Source of the DNA: Podarcis gaigeae
Taxonomy: Eukaryota
Assembly: GCA_964106915.2 (NCBI GenBank)
Contig: OZ066918.1
DNA length: 64,000 nucleotides
Strand: one strand, 5' to 3'
This document shows, piece after piece, positions 38,717 through 52,195 of the stretch; positions within the stretch are counted from its first letter, which is position 1; each line of letters starts with the position of its first letter. Under the pieces are notes generated by a model, which did not search any database, was not told where the DNA came from, and worked only from the letters and a program-made list of their open reading frames with translations. The translations under genes and the position numbers were made by a program.

Positions 38717-41700
38717 CTGCAAAGGGAGAAAAGTAGAAAGAGCGCTCTAAGCTTGAGGCTAGGTGGTTGGGCAGGGCATGAAGCAGAAAGGGGTTTCTAA
38801 TAAGGATTTTTTTAAAAACTAATGGCACTTGGAGAAACCTCTCTGGTCTATATCAGTCTTATTGGCCTTAGTGGAAGTGGGGATGAATACTTTCCTAGCC
38901 CCCACCCACTGTAAAAGCATTCCCTGCAGCTAAGATTCAGTTCATGCCCAGATAGGATTTGGTGAGTTCTGTGCACAATGCCAGCCACACTTCCTCTTAG
39001 CAGCACCCCAGGGACTGCCTCTGTGCAGCTGGGGCCAGCATGCAACAGAAAGCTCAGCTTAGCACAAAGAAGACCAAAAGCATACCCTGCAGAGCATTAA
39101 ATGTCTTCTGACTCAGCCACCAACACCAAAGCAAGAGAGCTTCATAATTGAATTGGCAGAGCTCCTTTCCCAAAATGGTCTTGTTCAGCACCCTTCTCCA
39201 GTACTAGACCTCCTTCTCGTTACTTAAATTGCACAGTCATTTCCTACATCTAGGGCAGCTTTCTTTTGAACTCCACACCAAACAGACAGGAGGTAGGAAA
39301 AGATACTTACAGTTCCATGTTTTCCATGGCACCGTCCCTAGTAAAAGAAAGAGAATGTCAATGGGATATATGACAGCTTCCTCAAAGGCTTTCCAGAATG
39401 CATGCTAAGCTCCCTTAACCCTAATGTGGGCAAGGGAAATAAAAAGAAGAGTACTATAACCCCCAACTGCTTATACTGGAACCAGATGGCAGGACAATGC
39501 AACCTTTCAGCAGTGCTGCCAATCCTGGGTGCCTGTTGAGCGGCAGAAAAACCCATGTCCATCGACCAAGCTTAATGCACCTAAGCGCTAGCTAGCATAG
39601 CTCCTTTATATAGTAAGGCTTCTTACATATAGTAAGGCTTCTCTGGGTCTACTTCTGGCATCGCACAGACAAAGTGGGTGCAGAGACGTTTAGCCGTAAG
39701 GTTAGAATTATGCACCCTCTGAAGTGCTGCCTTAATAGGTCAATAGTTTGTTGACCTTGTCATGGCTCTAGTCTAGTTCATGCCCAGGGTCATGGGGATT
39801 TTTTGTTATTGCGAAACACTGCCCAGGCTTGTGCTCTGGAGAGGTCACCTCGATGTCCCTATCACAGCAGTTTGACTTCACCCACAGAGGCACACTCCAT
39901 TGTCTCTCCAAGACGGATAGATGCCAACAACGACAACAAACCCAGATAACACAGCATGGGTGTGGCTTCCACAGGATCATGTTTTGCCAGAAAGGTTGAA
40001 AGCTGTTTCTGAGTATAAGCAAGTGGGAAGTCAAAACATTCCCTTTTTCATTTACTAGAGAAGGCAGTTAGCACTTTCCCCTAGAGGCTTCCCCTGGAGA
40101 ACCCACTTTTCCATCAGTATCTTAAAAGCAGACACTTTCACAAGAGGGATGGTTGGTTTACAAGAATACCACAGCAGCAGCCCTACCTGGACTTGCACTT
40201 CTAGGCAATGGAACCAACTGAAAGGTAGAGGGCTTAAGGGGTGTCCAAGCCTATAATCAGTGAACAGTACTGGGAGTGGGGTGGGGGGGAGAAGTAAAGC
40301 ATCTGATCCATGGCCATAGGCAGGGTGACAGGCAAAAGTATGACCCATCCTCACGTGTAGACGTCATCCATGTGCATTCTGCGGTAAAACTTGGCAAGCC
40401 GCACAGCCAAGATGATGCTCGGCAGCAGAAAGACGGTGCACCAGCCTAGACTGAACCAGAAGGCGTTCTAGGGGGAGAAGAGGGGAAGGCAGCTGTCAGT
40501 CCTCCCGCTGTCCCACGTGCAGATCTGTCCCACGTGCAGATGTCTCCCCAGCTTCTTTCCATGCCCCACCCCAGGCAAGATTCCCAGAGCCACAGCACAG
40601 CCTCTGCCCAAGGTAGTTACAATTTCTGTGGCCCCACCACCTACCAGTTACTCCTACATCCTGGGCTGCAGTCTCCATCTCTCAACCTACGGACTGCCAC
40701 CCTGCTGTCCCTTATCCATGCTGGCTCATTGCCACACCCCACCTCATCCCTCATGTTGACTGCCTCACCAATGAATTGACAACGCAGCTGCAGACCACGG
40801 TATTCACACTATCCAGTGCCCAGGCTGCAGGGCCACAGCGGCCCACCTGCTCTTTGATCTGCCAGCAAAGAAGACAAGGGAAACATCATGACCAGCAAAG
40901 GAAAAATCCTGAGCCCTGCACTCCTTTCCTGGCCAAACACCTTCATTGTGTTGTCATCATAAATGTTGCCAGTCCAGCTAAGCACATGGTAGGAATTGTC
41001 CTGGCATTGCCAACCTTATAACTTCATGCTGTGCTTGCACCCTAGAAGTAAGATGGGCAACGGCAGTACACTTTCCGGGAGATCAACTTGATTTTGCTTA
41101 CATATGCCTCCAGGGCCACCTGTGCATGAGGCTGTAAGACTGGCATCTGAATGCAATTGGCTGATTGGGAAACTGCTGTTAAGTACAGAATGCTGCAACA
41201 GGACTGCTGCCAGGAGTGAGGTTCTGTCAGCATATTGGAGTTGCCCTCAGATATTTGCACTGGCTGCTGATGGGCAGGATGGTGGGATTCAGTGTTACGT
41301 TGGCTGCTCACACTTGTAGGAAACAGGCGAGTGCAGCCAAGCCAGGAGAAATTAACCCTCGCTCATCTGCTGCCATAAGTTCAGCAGGATTCCTCCTTCC
41401 TGTTTCATGAGTCCCATGGGCATCTTCCCAAAATGGAGGACCAGGTGTTGCTGTTTGAACCTCCAAAAACTGGACATTCAAAAAGGAGTGTGTGACTATT
41501 TGAAAGCCCTTTGCAAAAGTGCTCCTGACAGTTTTCAGAAGTTCAGGCAGCAGGGCATGGGGACAACTGAGGTTTCAAACTGCAGTATCACCTGGTGTCA
41601 AAACTCCGTCCACCTGCCAAAAGTAACCTGTCAAAGATTTGGAAATAAAATTCTGGCCCACCAGGCAGAAAAGGTTCCCTGCCCCATATCATTTTTGACG

Positions 41701-44700
41701 TCTATTGCAAACTTACCCAGACATATAATTTAGTTACTCATATTTGTTCTTAAAGTTTTACTGATTTAATCAGTGTTTTAATTACCGTATTTTTCCATGT
41801 ATAAGACTCAGGTTTTTTCCTTAAAATTAATGTCAAAAATTAGGGGTCATCTTATACCCCCCCATTTTCTTAAATCTGAGTCCTCAAAAATAGGGGGCAT
41901 CTTATAGATGGAAAAATGCAGTATGTTTTATATATACTTGTTTTTTATTGCTTTGCAGATTTCATCTACATTTAAACTATAACTTTGTTATGCGCACCGT
42001 CTCTAGAGAGTGCTTTGATTAAGCAGTTTATAAATCTTTTAAACCAGTAAATAATAAATAAACTATGGCTAAAAGGTCCAGTAAATTCATGCATAGCCAC
42101 AGGCAAGCATCCAGCCTGGATGCGAGTATAGCAGAAGTATACAAGCAAGGACAACCAGGCTCCCACCTTGTCATCACTCAGGATTAAGCCCAATCTCCAT
42201 CAACAGCAGTTGGCATTACTTACGGTACTCTTTGCCCAGTCTATATATGATTCAAATAAACCCAGCAGAGTTTTCACGAAAGCTGAAGTCTCCTAGATGT
42301 AAGAAGGTAAGATGGGTGGGTGCAAGTTAGAGGATAGGACAACAGCTTCCAAGCAAGGAAAGGGGTTCAGTTATGGGGCTCCAGTCCCCTATCCAAGCTC
42401 CATTAATGGTTCCAAGAATAGGAAGGGAAATTGGGCTGTCGTATGGGGTACAGGAAAAGGTAAAATCAGCTGGGGTGTCACATGTCCCTATCTTGGGAGC
42501 ACTAGCTTTCACTTGTCCTCCTCTCCACTACATTGCCTGTATTCCCATTTTCCAGAGTTGTTCACTAGCATGTCTAATATCATAGTTAGAGGCCTATAGG
42601 ACTTATGGGAATGAGCCTCCATGTTACATTATGTGGCGATGCACAAATCCAGTCTTAATGATGCCCTCTGTGTACCCCCACCAGGAAATAGGTTGAATGA
42701 TGAGAAGAAGACTCACGTTTTTGACAACGTCCTGCACCTGCCACTTCATAAATATCTGAGCATCTTCTATTTTTGACAACGTGGCGTTCGCTGTACCCTG
42801 GCAGGACACAGTACTGTCAAGTTCACTCCCTGGCAGAGCCAGTCTCATGGGCTGCCCTCACCACCACTTTCCATACAGATCTGAGCAGACCACTGAGCAG
42901 AACATCACATAATCCAATGGGCATAAGGGAGCAGCACTGGTATATTATCATAAGGCTGAGACAGGTTTTTTGGTATGCTTTAGCGGGAGTTGCACAACTG
43001 CAGCTCTTCAGATGCTGCTGGACTACCACTCTCATCAATCCTGACCATTGGCCATGCTGGTTGGGACTGATGGGAACTGCGAGTCCAACATATGAAGGAC
43101 TGCAGCTTAGCATTTCATACCCAGCACCATACAGACCCCGAACGCACACAAGCATAGTTCTGCCAGTGCCCCATTAACACATCCTCTGTCCATCTTTGGG
43201 ATGCCTACCAACTCTGTCAATCTCCCACAGTCTTCCAGGTTCTGAAACTCCACCCCTACAGAGTCAATGCCAAGGGAAATCTCTGTATCTTCCAATTGGC
43301 ACCTGTTACCTTGAGTTCTCACATTGTTATGCAAGGAGGCCTGGTGAGATTGTCAGCAGACAATCAGCAGAGATTGTACTTCCCCACCCATCCAATATCT
43401 AATGGGGTGTCCTTCAGAAAGCCTGGCATCAAAGCCCCACCTCCCAGATCACTCCTTCCTCGAACCTTGTCCTGCTTACCGGAATCTGAGGAACAGACTT
43501 CTGCAGTTTTTGAATGCTGCTTCTCAGGATGTGCTGAGGACAGAGAAAGCTCATCAGAGGGCACCACCCACTGAGCTGGATGGAATGAGTTGACAGAAGG
43601 TGGGACAGATATCAACCATCTTATGGCCTGGTAGGGCCAAGAATCAAAACCGTCCAGAGAGGCCTTGTTCAAGACAGCACCTGGTCTGGGCCAAAAGGAG
43701 GTAAAGGTGTTTGGGGAGAGCAGCACTCACCATCTGAGGAGGAAACATGTCATTGACCCAATCCTGGAGCTTCTTCAGCCTTCTGGCCTCCAGTTGAAAA
43801 TCGCTCCGAGCTTTCTCATTAATTGCCTGAAAATATGTTCATAAGCACCACCATTGTGAAGAGATATTGATAGGTTTTCTGCTGCTTTCACACATACAAG
43901 TGGGCACATTTCCAGGAGACAATGTGGGATGCAATTATTTCCCATCTTCAGGGAGGATCTGGGGTTAAATCAGGGGCAGCCTACCCATTAGTCAAGATGA
44001 GGTGACTACCTCAGGCAGCAGGATCCACAGGGACAGCCGATTCAGCCCATGGCTGCTGCTGCAGTGGCACTGACGGCTGTGGCACACTGCTTGGGGGCTG
44101 GATCTGCCTCTCCTCAACAGTTCCCTGCCCCCATGCCACATCTACAGTGACCTCTTGGCAATTAGGAGATGCTGCTGGTCTCCTATCACCCTTAGAGAAG
44201 AAATGGTGGGGACATGATTCAGAATAGGCCCCTTTCCCCCCACCATGACAGCATTTCATTTTCACTTCAGCTGTTGGATAAGATTAATTCAATTCTCCCT
44301 CTTGTTCCAAATGTAGATCTTCATTCACCTCTATTTCTCTGGCAGGGAGGGTGCCATTTTGTGGTCCGCCTCAGGTGCCAAAATGTATTGGGCCAGCTCT
44401 GGGTTGAAGTGATCCCAAAAAGACACCTACAGGGCCCCTCCCCCTAGAAAGGGAGCTGGGGGAGAGAAGCACTGCAGAAGAATGGGGATTTCCCAATCAA
44501 AGCACCACTCACTGTGTTTTCTGCCAATTTATCTAGATTCGCTGCCAATGAAGACAGGTCTTGTTTTGTCACAGTCTCGTTGATCTGCAAAGAAAGGGAC
44601 AGAGAGCACACTGTGGGTCAGCTCCTCAAGGATAGCAAGAGACATTGGAGGGAGTAAGGTCAGGGCCCAGGCAGATTAAGTTCGCACACTTCCTAGAATC

Positions 44701-47700
44701 CGCTTTCCAATTTGTTTTATTTCATTTTGAACCCATTGATACGTAAGCTATTATTATTTCACATCACACCTCTGGGAAGAGAAAGCTCACCTCATCCCTC
44801 CACCTCCAATGATCTGTGAGACAACAATCAGAGGCTCTTTTCTGGGTGCCCTCACCTACAAAAGGACATGTGGGTGCCATCCAAAGAGCGTACCTTTTTA
44901 GTGACTGTGCTCTAATTATGGATCTCCCTCCCAAGGGTGATCTGCCTGGCATCTTCGTCGTTGCTTTTAGGCACCAGGCAAATCCTGTCCTGTTTACGTG
45001 TTAACTGCTGCTTTTATTTATGTGGAATGGCATGATTTCATTATACAGATGTCTTTGAGATTTTCTTAAACTCAGTAACCTGCACAGGTTTTGTTGGGGG
45101 ACGGCTTTCCTTTTGGGCTGCACCCAAAAGAAACTCCTTTCCGGACACTATCCTTTCTCCTGAACAGACTGAGCAGCTGCCAGTAGCCTATGCTGACATC
45201 ATCAACCCAACGACCCTTCCATTGTCAGTTAATCAGAATATCCCAGCTGACGGATTCCTTCCTGCAGCAATTCATACCCCAGCAAGCATGAAGGGCATGC
45301 ATTTTTCTGTGGGGATGGAGCCTACACTACTATTACTGGCAATGATATCATTTTCTAGGCAAGTCACTAGTCCTATTTGGCAATCTAAACTACTTTGAAT
45401 GGCCTAACCTTTTTATTTATTTTTTAAAAAACGACTCTTTTTCAGATGTGACATAACTCACAAGATACCAGACAATGTCAAACCCCATAAAGATCAAGAA
45501 AAGAAATCATATTGTGATAAGCTGTTCCACCCTCTCATCTCACTTGTTTCAGTGCACTGGAAAAATTCAGGTTCAGCCCATCCTTTGAGCCCAGTTCCTG
45601 CAGGCGATGCTTCTGCTCATCCTTCAGGAGGTCAGTGGAGCCCAAACTGATATTTATTTTTTTTAAGGCTGCATCAATATTACCGGTGTACTGTAAGAGT
45701 AAAAGAAAAAGAAGGTGAGTAGGTGCAGAGTACATAACAATCCTGTCTCCCAGGACACTTCTCTGGGGTTCTCCAGGTGGCTGAAGATATGCCCCAGATC
45801 GGGACTTTAAACTATCCCAGAGCATATCTGAGGACACTAATCTTGCTGGTCATTCAATTTCTCTTGTGGCTGTCTCAATTCACCTACAGACACTCATCAC
45901 TGACCTTGCTGGTGTTTAGGATCTCATCCAGAGGGATGACCTCACCCAGGTGAAGGGTGCTCCACAAGGGGGCATTGTTTTCACAGTTCCTGCAAGAGTG
46001 AAAACCGAGCTAAGAGACCAGGATACACTGTGCTATGTCAAACATAAACTGGGGGAAACAGCATCACCATGCAATCAAGCTTTCCAATCATGTAGTTTAA
46101 CTCTTACGCCAGGGGGCAATGGGGTTGCTGGTGACATAAGCTCAGCATGGGGGCAAGAACTGTGGGGAAATAGCAGGACTAAGAAGCACAGCCATCTGGC
46201 TGAAAGGTACCTCAGATAAAGAAAAGCATGGTTCAGGCTGTTATTCTAGCAAACTCTTGGCAGAATGGAGAAGTTGTGGGTCAGGGAAAGACTTCTCTCC
46301 ACCACATTTAAGATTATACAGTCAAATTGGATCCTGAACACCTTGGTACTTGGATGTTTTGGCTCCCGAACGCTGCAAACTGGAAGTGAGTATTCCAGTT
46401 TGCAACTGTTCCTTGGAACCCAAATGTCCAACGGGGCTTCCAATTGGCTACAGGAGCTTCCTGCAGCCAATCAGAAGCCACACTTTGGTTTCCGAACATT
46501 TTGGAAGTCAAACGGACTTCCAGAAAGGATTCCGTTTGACTTCCAAGGTACAACTGTATTATGAAGCTCCCTGTCTATACTGGGCAAGGGACTTTGGACA
46601 TAATATACAACTTACAGCATGGGAGAAGCTATGGAACTGGGATTTGAAGTTTACTGCATGTTATACGTTGAAAGAAAATTATATGAAAATGATATATCAT
46701 TGGTATTTAACCGCTAGTAAACTAGCTTGTATAAAACAAAGTCAAATACATGCTGGAAATGTAAAGAAAAAGAGTTCTCTTTCTGTGTTGGTTGTTTGAG
46801 AATTGTTTGCAAATTTCAAAATCTGAAAATAATTTTTTAAAAAGACTTCTCTGCACCAGGGCCCCCTGGCATGGCTGTGCATGGTACCCTGACATTGCAT
46901 GTTGGCAAGTGGGTGGAACTTACTTTACCCTACTCCCATACACTGCATGCCTGACTCTATCAGGCCTGCAGTTCCCACCCTACTCTCAAGAGTCTCTCTC
47001 CCTTTGGGAAGCTGAGGACCAAAGTCACAGCAGGCAGGAAGCCATGGAGGAATCCAGCCAGGCAGCCACTCACTTGTACAAGCTGGAGAGGTTCACATCA
47101 GAACTCTTCAAATGCAAGAGCCGTGTCAGGTTGAATTCAGGGAACAACCCTGGTGTGTCCAGAAACTAGAAGAAAATAGTCATTCATTAGATTCTTAGCC
47201 TCTCAACTCAAAACAACATCTTCAGTATTTCCCTCTCCCTGCGATTTCCTCCTCTGCAGATTGTGGGATTGCCTGGCTGTCTCATGCCTACTTCAGCAAT
47301 TTCCATGCCAAAATGATAATGATTGACAAGAGGGAGAGATGGGATCCCAGGATAAGAATCTAAGGTTACAGTGTGTGGGTTCTGGTCTGGTGTTAAGGGA
47401 AACCATGACTCACTTCTCTCCTCGCCCACATTATTTCCCCCCTTGTTCCACTGCAGACGGCACTCAGCAGTATCAAAGAATACTCATGGTAGCCCAAGGG
47501 ACTTACCTGAAGGAGACGCCCATCGGCCCACGGCCGACACACCACTGTGTATATACTTCCCCCAACTAAAAATGTCAGTAGAACCAGCAGCATCAGCAGC
47601 CATGAAAATATGAAGCTGAACCCAACGCTCCTGTCAGAGAAGGGAAAACATGATTGGAGGTCTGGGATTTCGCTGAAGAGCAGCCATCGGAGCCTTTGCA

Positions 47701-50700
47701 CATTTGCCCCAGGCAACCCTTCCATTCATTCTGACACACAATCCAGCAGATAAACATAAGGAACAGCCAGAGGTCCATGGGAAAGTCCAGGACAAGGTCA
47801 GGGTGCCAAAATACTCAGGGGGTATGGCTCTGCACTGTGCCAATCTGCCAGTAACGCTGCATTTCTGGATACTTAAGGACATTCCCACCCTATCTTTCTC
47901 TAGTAGGAGCCTGTACACAAAACAGATTGTGTATGGGAAAACCCTCCATAGAATAGCTCCCAGAGAGCTGGGGAATCAGGCAACCAGCAATACATGTAAA
48001 GATCTACAGCTGCCTCCTCAGTCCTGCCACCCATGCTCTCACATTTGCTATGCCATAACGCAGCTTGGCAACATTTAGCAATCATCAGGAAGGGTAATAA
48101 GGTAACAGAACATGAGTTTTGCATGCAGAAGGTTCCAGGATGAATCCCTGGCATCTCCAAGTAGGGCTTGGAAGGACTTCTAGCTGAAACTCTGGAAAGC
48201 CACTGCCAGTCAGCATTGATGGTGCTGTGCTAGATGAACCAAGGGCCTGACATATGATGCAGCAGCAGCTTCCTACATTCCTTAGACTTATTGGATGACT
48301 CTCTGTCATGAGATGGGAGAAGGTGCAAAGTCTCTTACGCCATGAGGAGGTCTCCACCAGTGTTTGCGAGGCAGCCCCGTTTGGTAGGCATCTCTCGCGG
48401 GTTTAGCCCAAGTGCCCCAAACAACAGGCCCAGCACGTTGAATACAATGATCACGAGCACCAGAGAGCAGAGGCAAAGGCCAGCAATCCACCTAAAGTAA
48501 GGAAAAGGAAAACAGTTAAGACTCCAACAGAAGGCAATGGCTAAGGGAAGGAAGGAGCCAAAACCTGGTAATGGGGTTGATCTCTGCTAAAAACCAACGT
48601 CAGCAAGACTGTACTCTGCTGGCATGTGCATCAAAGCCCTGGCAACAAGAAGAAGCAAATTAGAAAACATGAGATCCCATCCAAGCCTAGGTTATGAACA
48701 ATGGTATAGCACTGAAGAAAAACAAGTGCTATCTGGGCCAATTAACCAAATTGGAAGACAAGGATTTTAATTTTCATACTACTGCAGATTAGATGTGGTG
48801 CCCTGTTCAAAAATGCTGTGGGAAACCATCCGTGTGACGTGAAACTGCACATCAGAGGCTTCCAAAATAGTGGCCAGAAAGCTTTTAGCCCTTCGTTTAG
48901 GCTACCATTCTAATCCCGTTTCCTACAGCTGCCATTTTGATAACATATGACCACTCATGGTCAGGAGGGACAGGGGATCAACATTTCACCCAACACAGGA
49001 CCTACTGTGGCTTAAGCTAACCTAAGGGATTTCCCGAGCTTACAATACTCTAAGAACACTTTAATTCATACCTGTAGCTATCATAGGTGACAATATCTGG
49101 CTCATAGGTATTTGCCCAACTGACAACATCTGTCATGGACTGAGAGATATTCCCTATTCTGCTCAGTGTGGAAAAGTTGCTACGGGTATCTTCAATCGCT
49201 AGCTCGACATCACGGAGGTGAGACTCTCCTTCTGCAAGGACCAAAAGATACACAGATAAACAAATATACTTTGTTCACTATGGCAGAGAGCATCTTACCA
49301 CAGGGCAGCCACTTGCTATGTGTTCCGGATATGTAGCATTTTATGCCCAATTGCCTATTAGCTCTCCAAGGAAGAACCATTCACACATCTCAGCAAATCT
49401 CATGCCTCCTTCATTTCTGGCTGTCCATCCTTCATTCAGTTCAAGTTATGGAAGACAAAGCAGGAAGGACAAGGAAAGCTGTGGATTGGGAGAAGGGAAA
49501 CATCCAGCTCCACTAAGCCCAAGGCTGTCTTACCCATAGGCACTAGGGGTGCGGGGCACCTGGGTGCCGGGCTCTCAGGGGCACCAGGCTGAGAGTCCGG
49601 GACTCGAGAGCTGAGTCCGGGGAGGAGCCCGTCCATCGGTCGGAGCACCGCGGTAGGCTCTTCTGCTGCAGGTGGCTCTGCACCACGAGTTCGGGGGTGA
49701 CCAAGCCAGTGAGATGCTGAGATGCTGAGGTGGGTGGCCGGCTCTGCCCTCCTGCGCCCCTGGGACTGGGCAACTGGGGGGTGGGGCGCCGGGCAGATCT
49801 TTGTACCCGAGCGCCACATATGCTTAAGACAGCCCTGACTGAGCCCCACTGATGCCTAATAAATGGAGGAGCTAGCAAGAATGTGCAGACTAGCCATGTC
49901 CTCTAAACAACAGTGTGTATGTGGCATTGGTCCATAGGAGGACATATATTTTTAAAATGTTTTGGGACATCTTGTAGCTCAGTGATAAGAGTGAATGCAT
50001 GACCAAGGTCCTAGACTGAATTCCTCAGCATCTCCAATTAAGGGATCTCAAGTGGAATTTGTAGAACTACCGTGAATCAGAGTAGACAGTGCTGGGGTGG
50101 ACAGACCATTGATTTGACTGTAGAACAAGAGCTTCATATGTTCACATGTGATTAACTCACACCTGTCACTCCATGCATCCACACCAGGTAGCTGTAACTG
50201 CAGCTTCAGGACAGGAAATGCCATGTTGCTTAAACATGCACATGTGAGAAACTGTTGGGTGTGAACTCCAGTTACTATGTAGAAAGTATATTTGTAGAAT
50301 AACAATTTCTAAACAAAGAAAAGGCTGCACTATTGCATAACTGTAAACCGTTATATTGAATGACTGAGAGCTAAGACTTGAATAAATTCCACATATTAAT
50401 GTGAACTGATCAAACAGATATTTGGCAGGTGACCTCTAGTTTCTGAGGACATTATAAGTGTAACCACAGCCTTTCAACTGGTTCTTGAAATGAGAATACA
50501 CACAACTTTATTTATCTGCTGAAACCACTTACCAGACACCACCTTTTTTGTTTGTTCAGACACCTTCTTTGGAATATCAGCCAGAACTTGCCTTGCCTGC
50601 CAGTGCCAGAACCCAGAATAAAGACATATGCAAATGGAAACAAAAGACAAACAACACAGAGATCTCAGAATCACATATGCTCTTATAGTGTTGAACAAAG

Positions 50701-52159
50701 GGCAAAGCAATGTGAATCAAAAAGGCATTGCAATACGTGCTGATTCCAAAGAGGAAGTGGGCTAACAATACCTTCTGAGAATGGGATACAGGCATTGATG
50801 GTTTGAGACATCAGGGGAGCCCTGTGGCCCAAGGCTATGATTTATGCTGCTAGGCTCAGTCTGTGGCTCTGCTCCTACTGCACAGCCTCTCCTAGACAGG
50901 CCGTCCCTGGCACACTGACACCTTGCATGGGCACTCAGAAAGCCTGCTCTGTGTGGCACACTCTGATTGTGGAGGAGAGAGAAAAGATGGACAGAGTGAA
51001 GGATGTTACCTTTGCAATGGTGTCCTGAGGGTTTGAGTCTGTCAGATTGGTCAACAGCTGGAGTGGGCGGCTGACATCCGGAACCTGTGGGAACAGATAA
51101 AGGGGCAGTTTATCTATCTATAAGAAATTAAAGTGATGATGCATTGTGTTCTGGGAGGGGTAGGAATCTTTGTGTTTCACTCACATGTTTACACTGACAC
51201 AGGTAAGGGCGTCCACTAAGACGTTTGTATGTTTACGTGCTGGCAAGACCAGACAAACACATCCGTGGGCATCTTGTAGACACGCTCCAACACTGTAGCC
51301 AGCCCTCAGCTGAGATTCCACCCTGGCATCTATTGCACCACCTGACACTGCCTTTAGCCTCTGTCTCACTAGTGTCACTCAATTAGCTAAGCCCACTTAT
51401 CCTGAAAGTGGTGCTTCTTCCCAGGTTCTCTAAAAACCCACCATCCCTTTCCCAAGGTCTCTGTGCTCCAACTCCATTTTACCGCACTGAGATTGGCCCC
51501 AGGCTCCAGGTTCGGCACTCGCACATCCTTGCAAGGCGCACCACACTCTTTCAAAGTCTGGTTGATATCAGTGCTCAAGGTGGTCAGGTTTTGGTTCAGC
51601 TGTTCCTGAAGGTCCCGCAAATGATTTGTTGACTCATTGACTGCCCGGAGCTCTTTTTCCACAGAGCTAGTCACTGCAATGGGCAGAGAAAAAGAGTGAG
51701 GAGGAACTTTGCAATCTCCACCCCGGTGACAGATAGTTTTTAGCACAAGGGAATCAAGTGGTGCATAAGTTTTATGAAATAAAATAAAACTAAATTAATT
51801 TGGGTACCCCACCCATCTGAGTTCGTTGCCCCAGCCAACAGAATAAATAAGAACACAACAGAACACCACACACTGAAAGCTTCCTGGGCTGCCTTCAGAT
51901 GTCTATGGAAGGTCAAATAATTATTTATCTCTTTGACATCTGACAGGATGGCATTCCACAGGGCGGGCGCCACTACCAAGAAGGCCCTTTCTGCCTGGTT
52001 CCCTGTAACCTTACAGGGAGGGAACCACCAGAAGGCCCTCAGAGCTGGACCTCAATGAACAAATCAAATGCAACTCATTTCTTTTGTAAAATTTATATGG
52101 CACTTGAATGTAAAAATAAAGTTAACAAAGATATAAAACACTGAAATTATCAGTATGTA

Positions 52160-52195
<36 letters not shown>

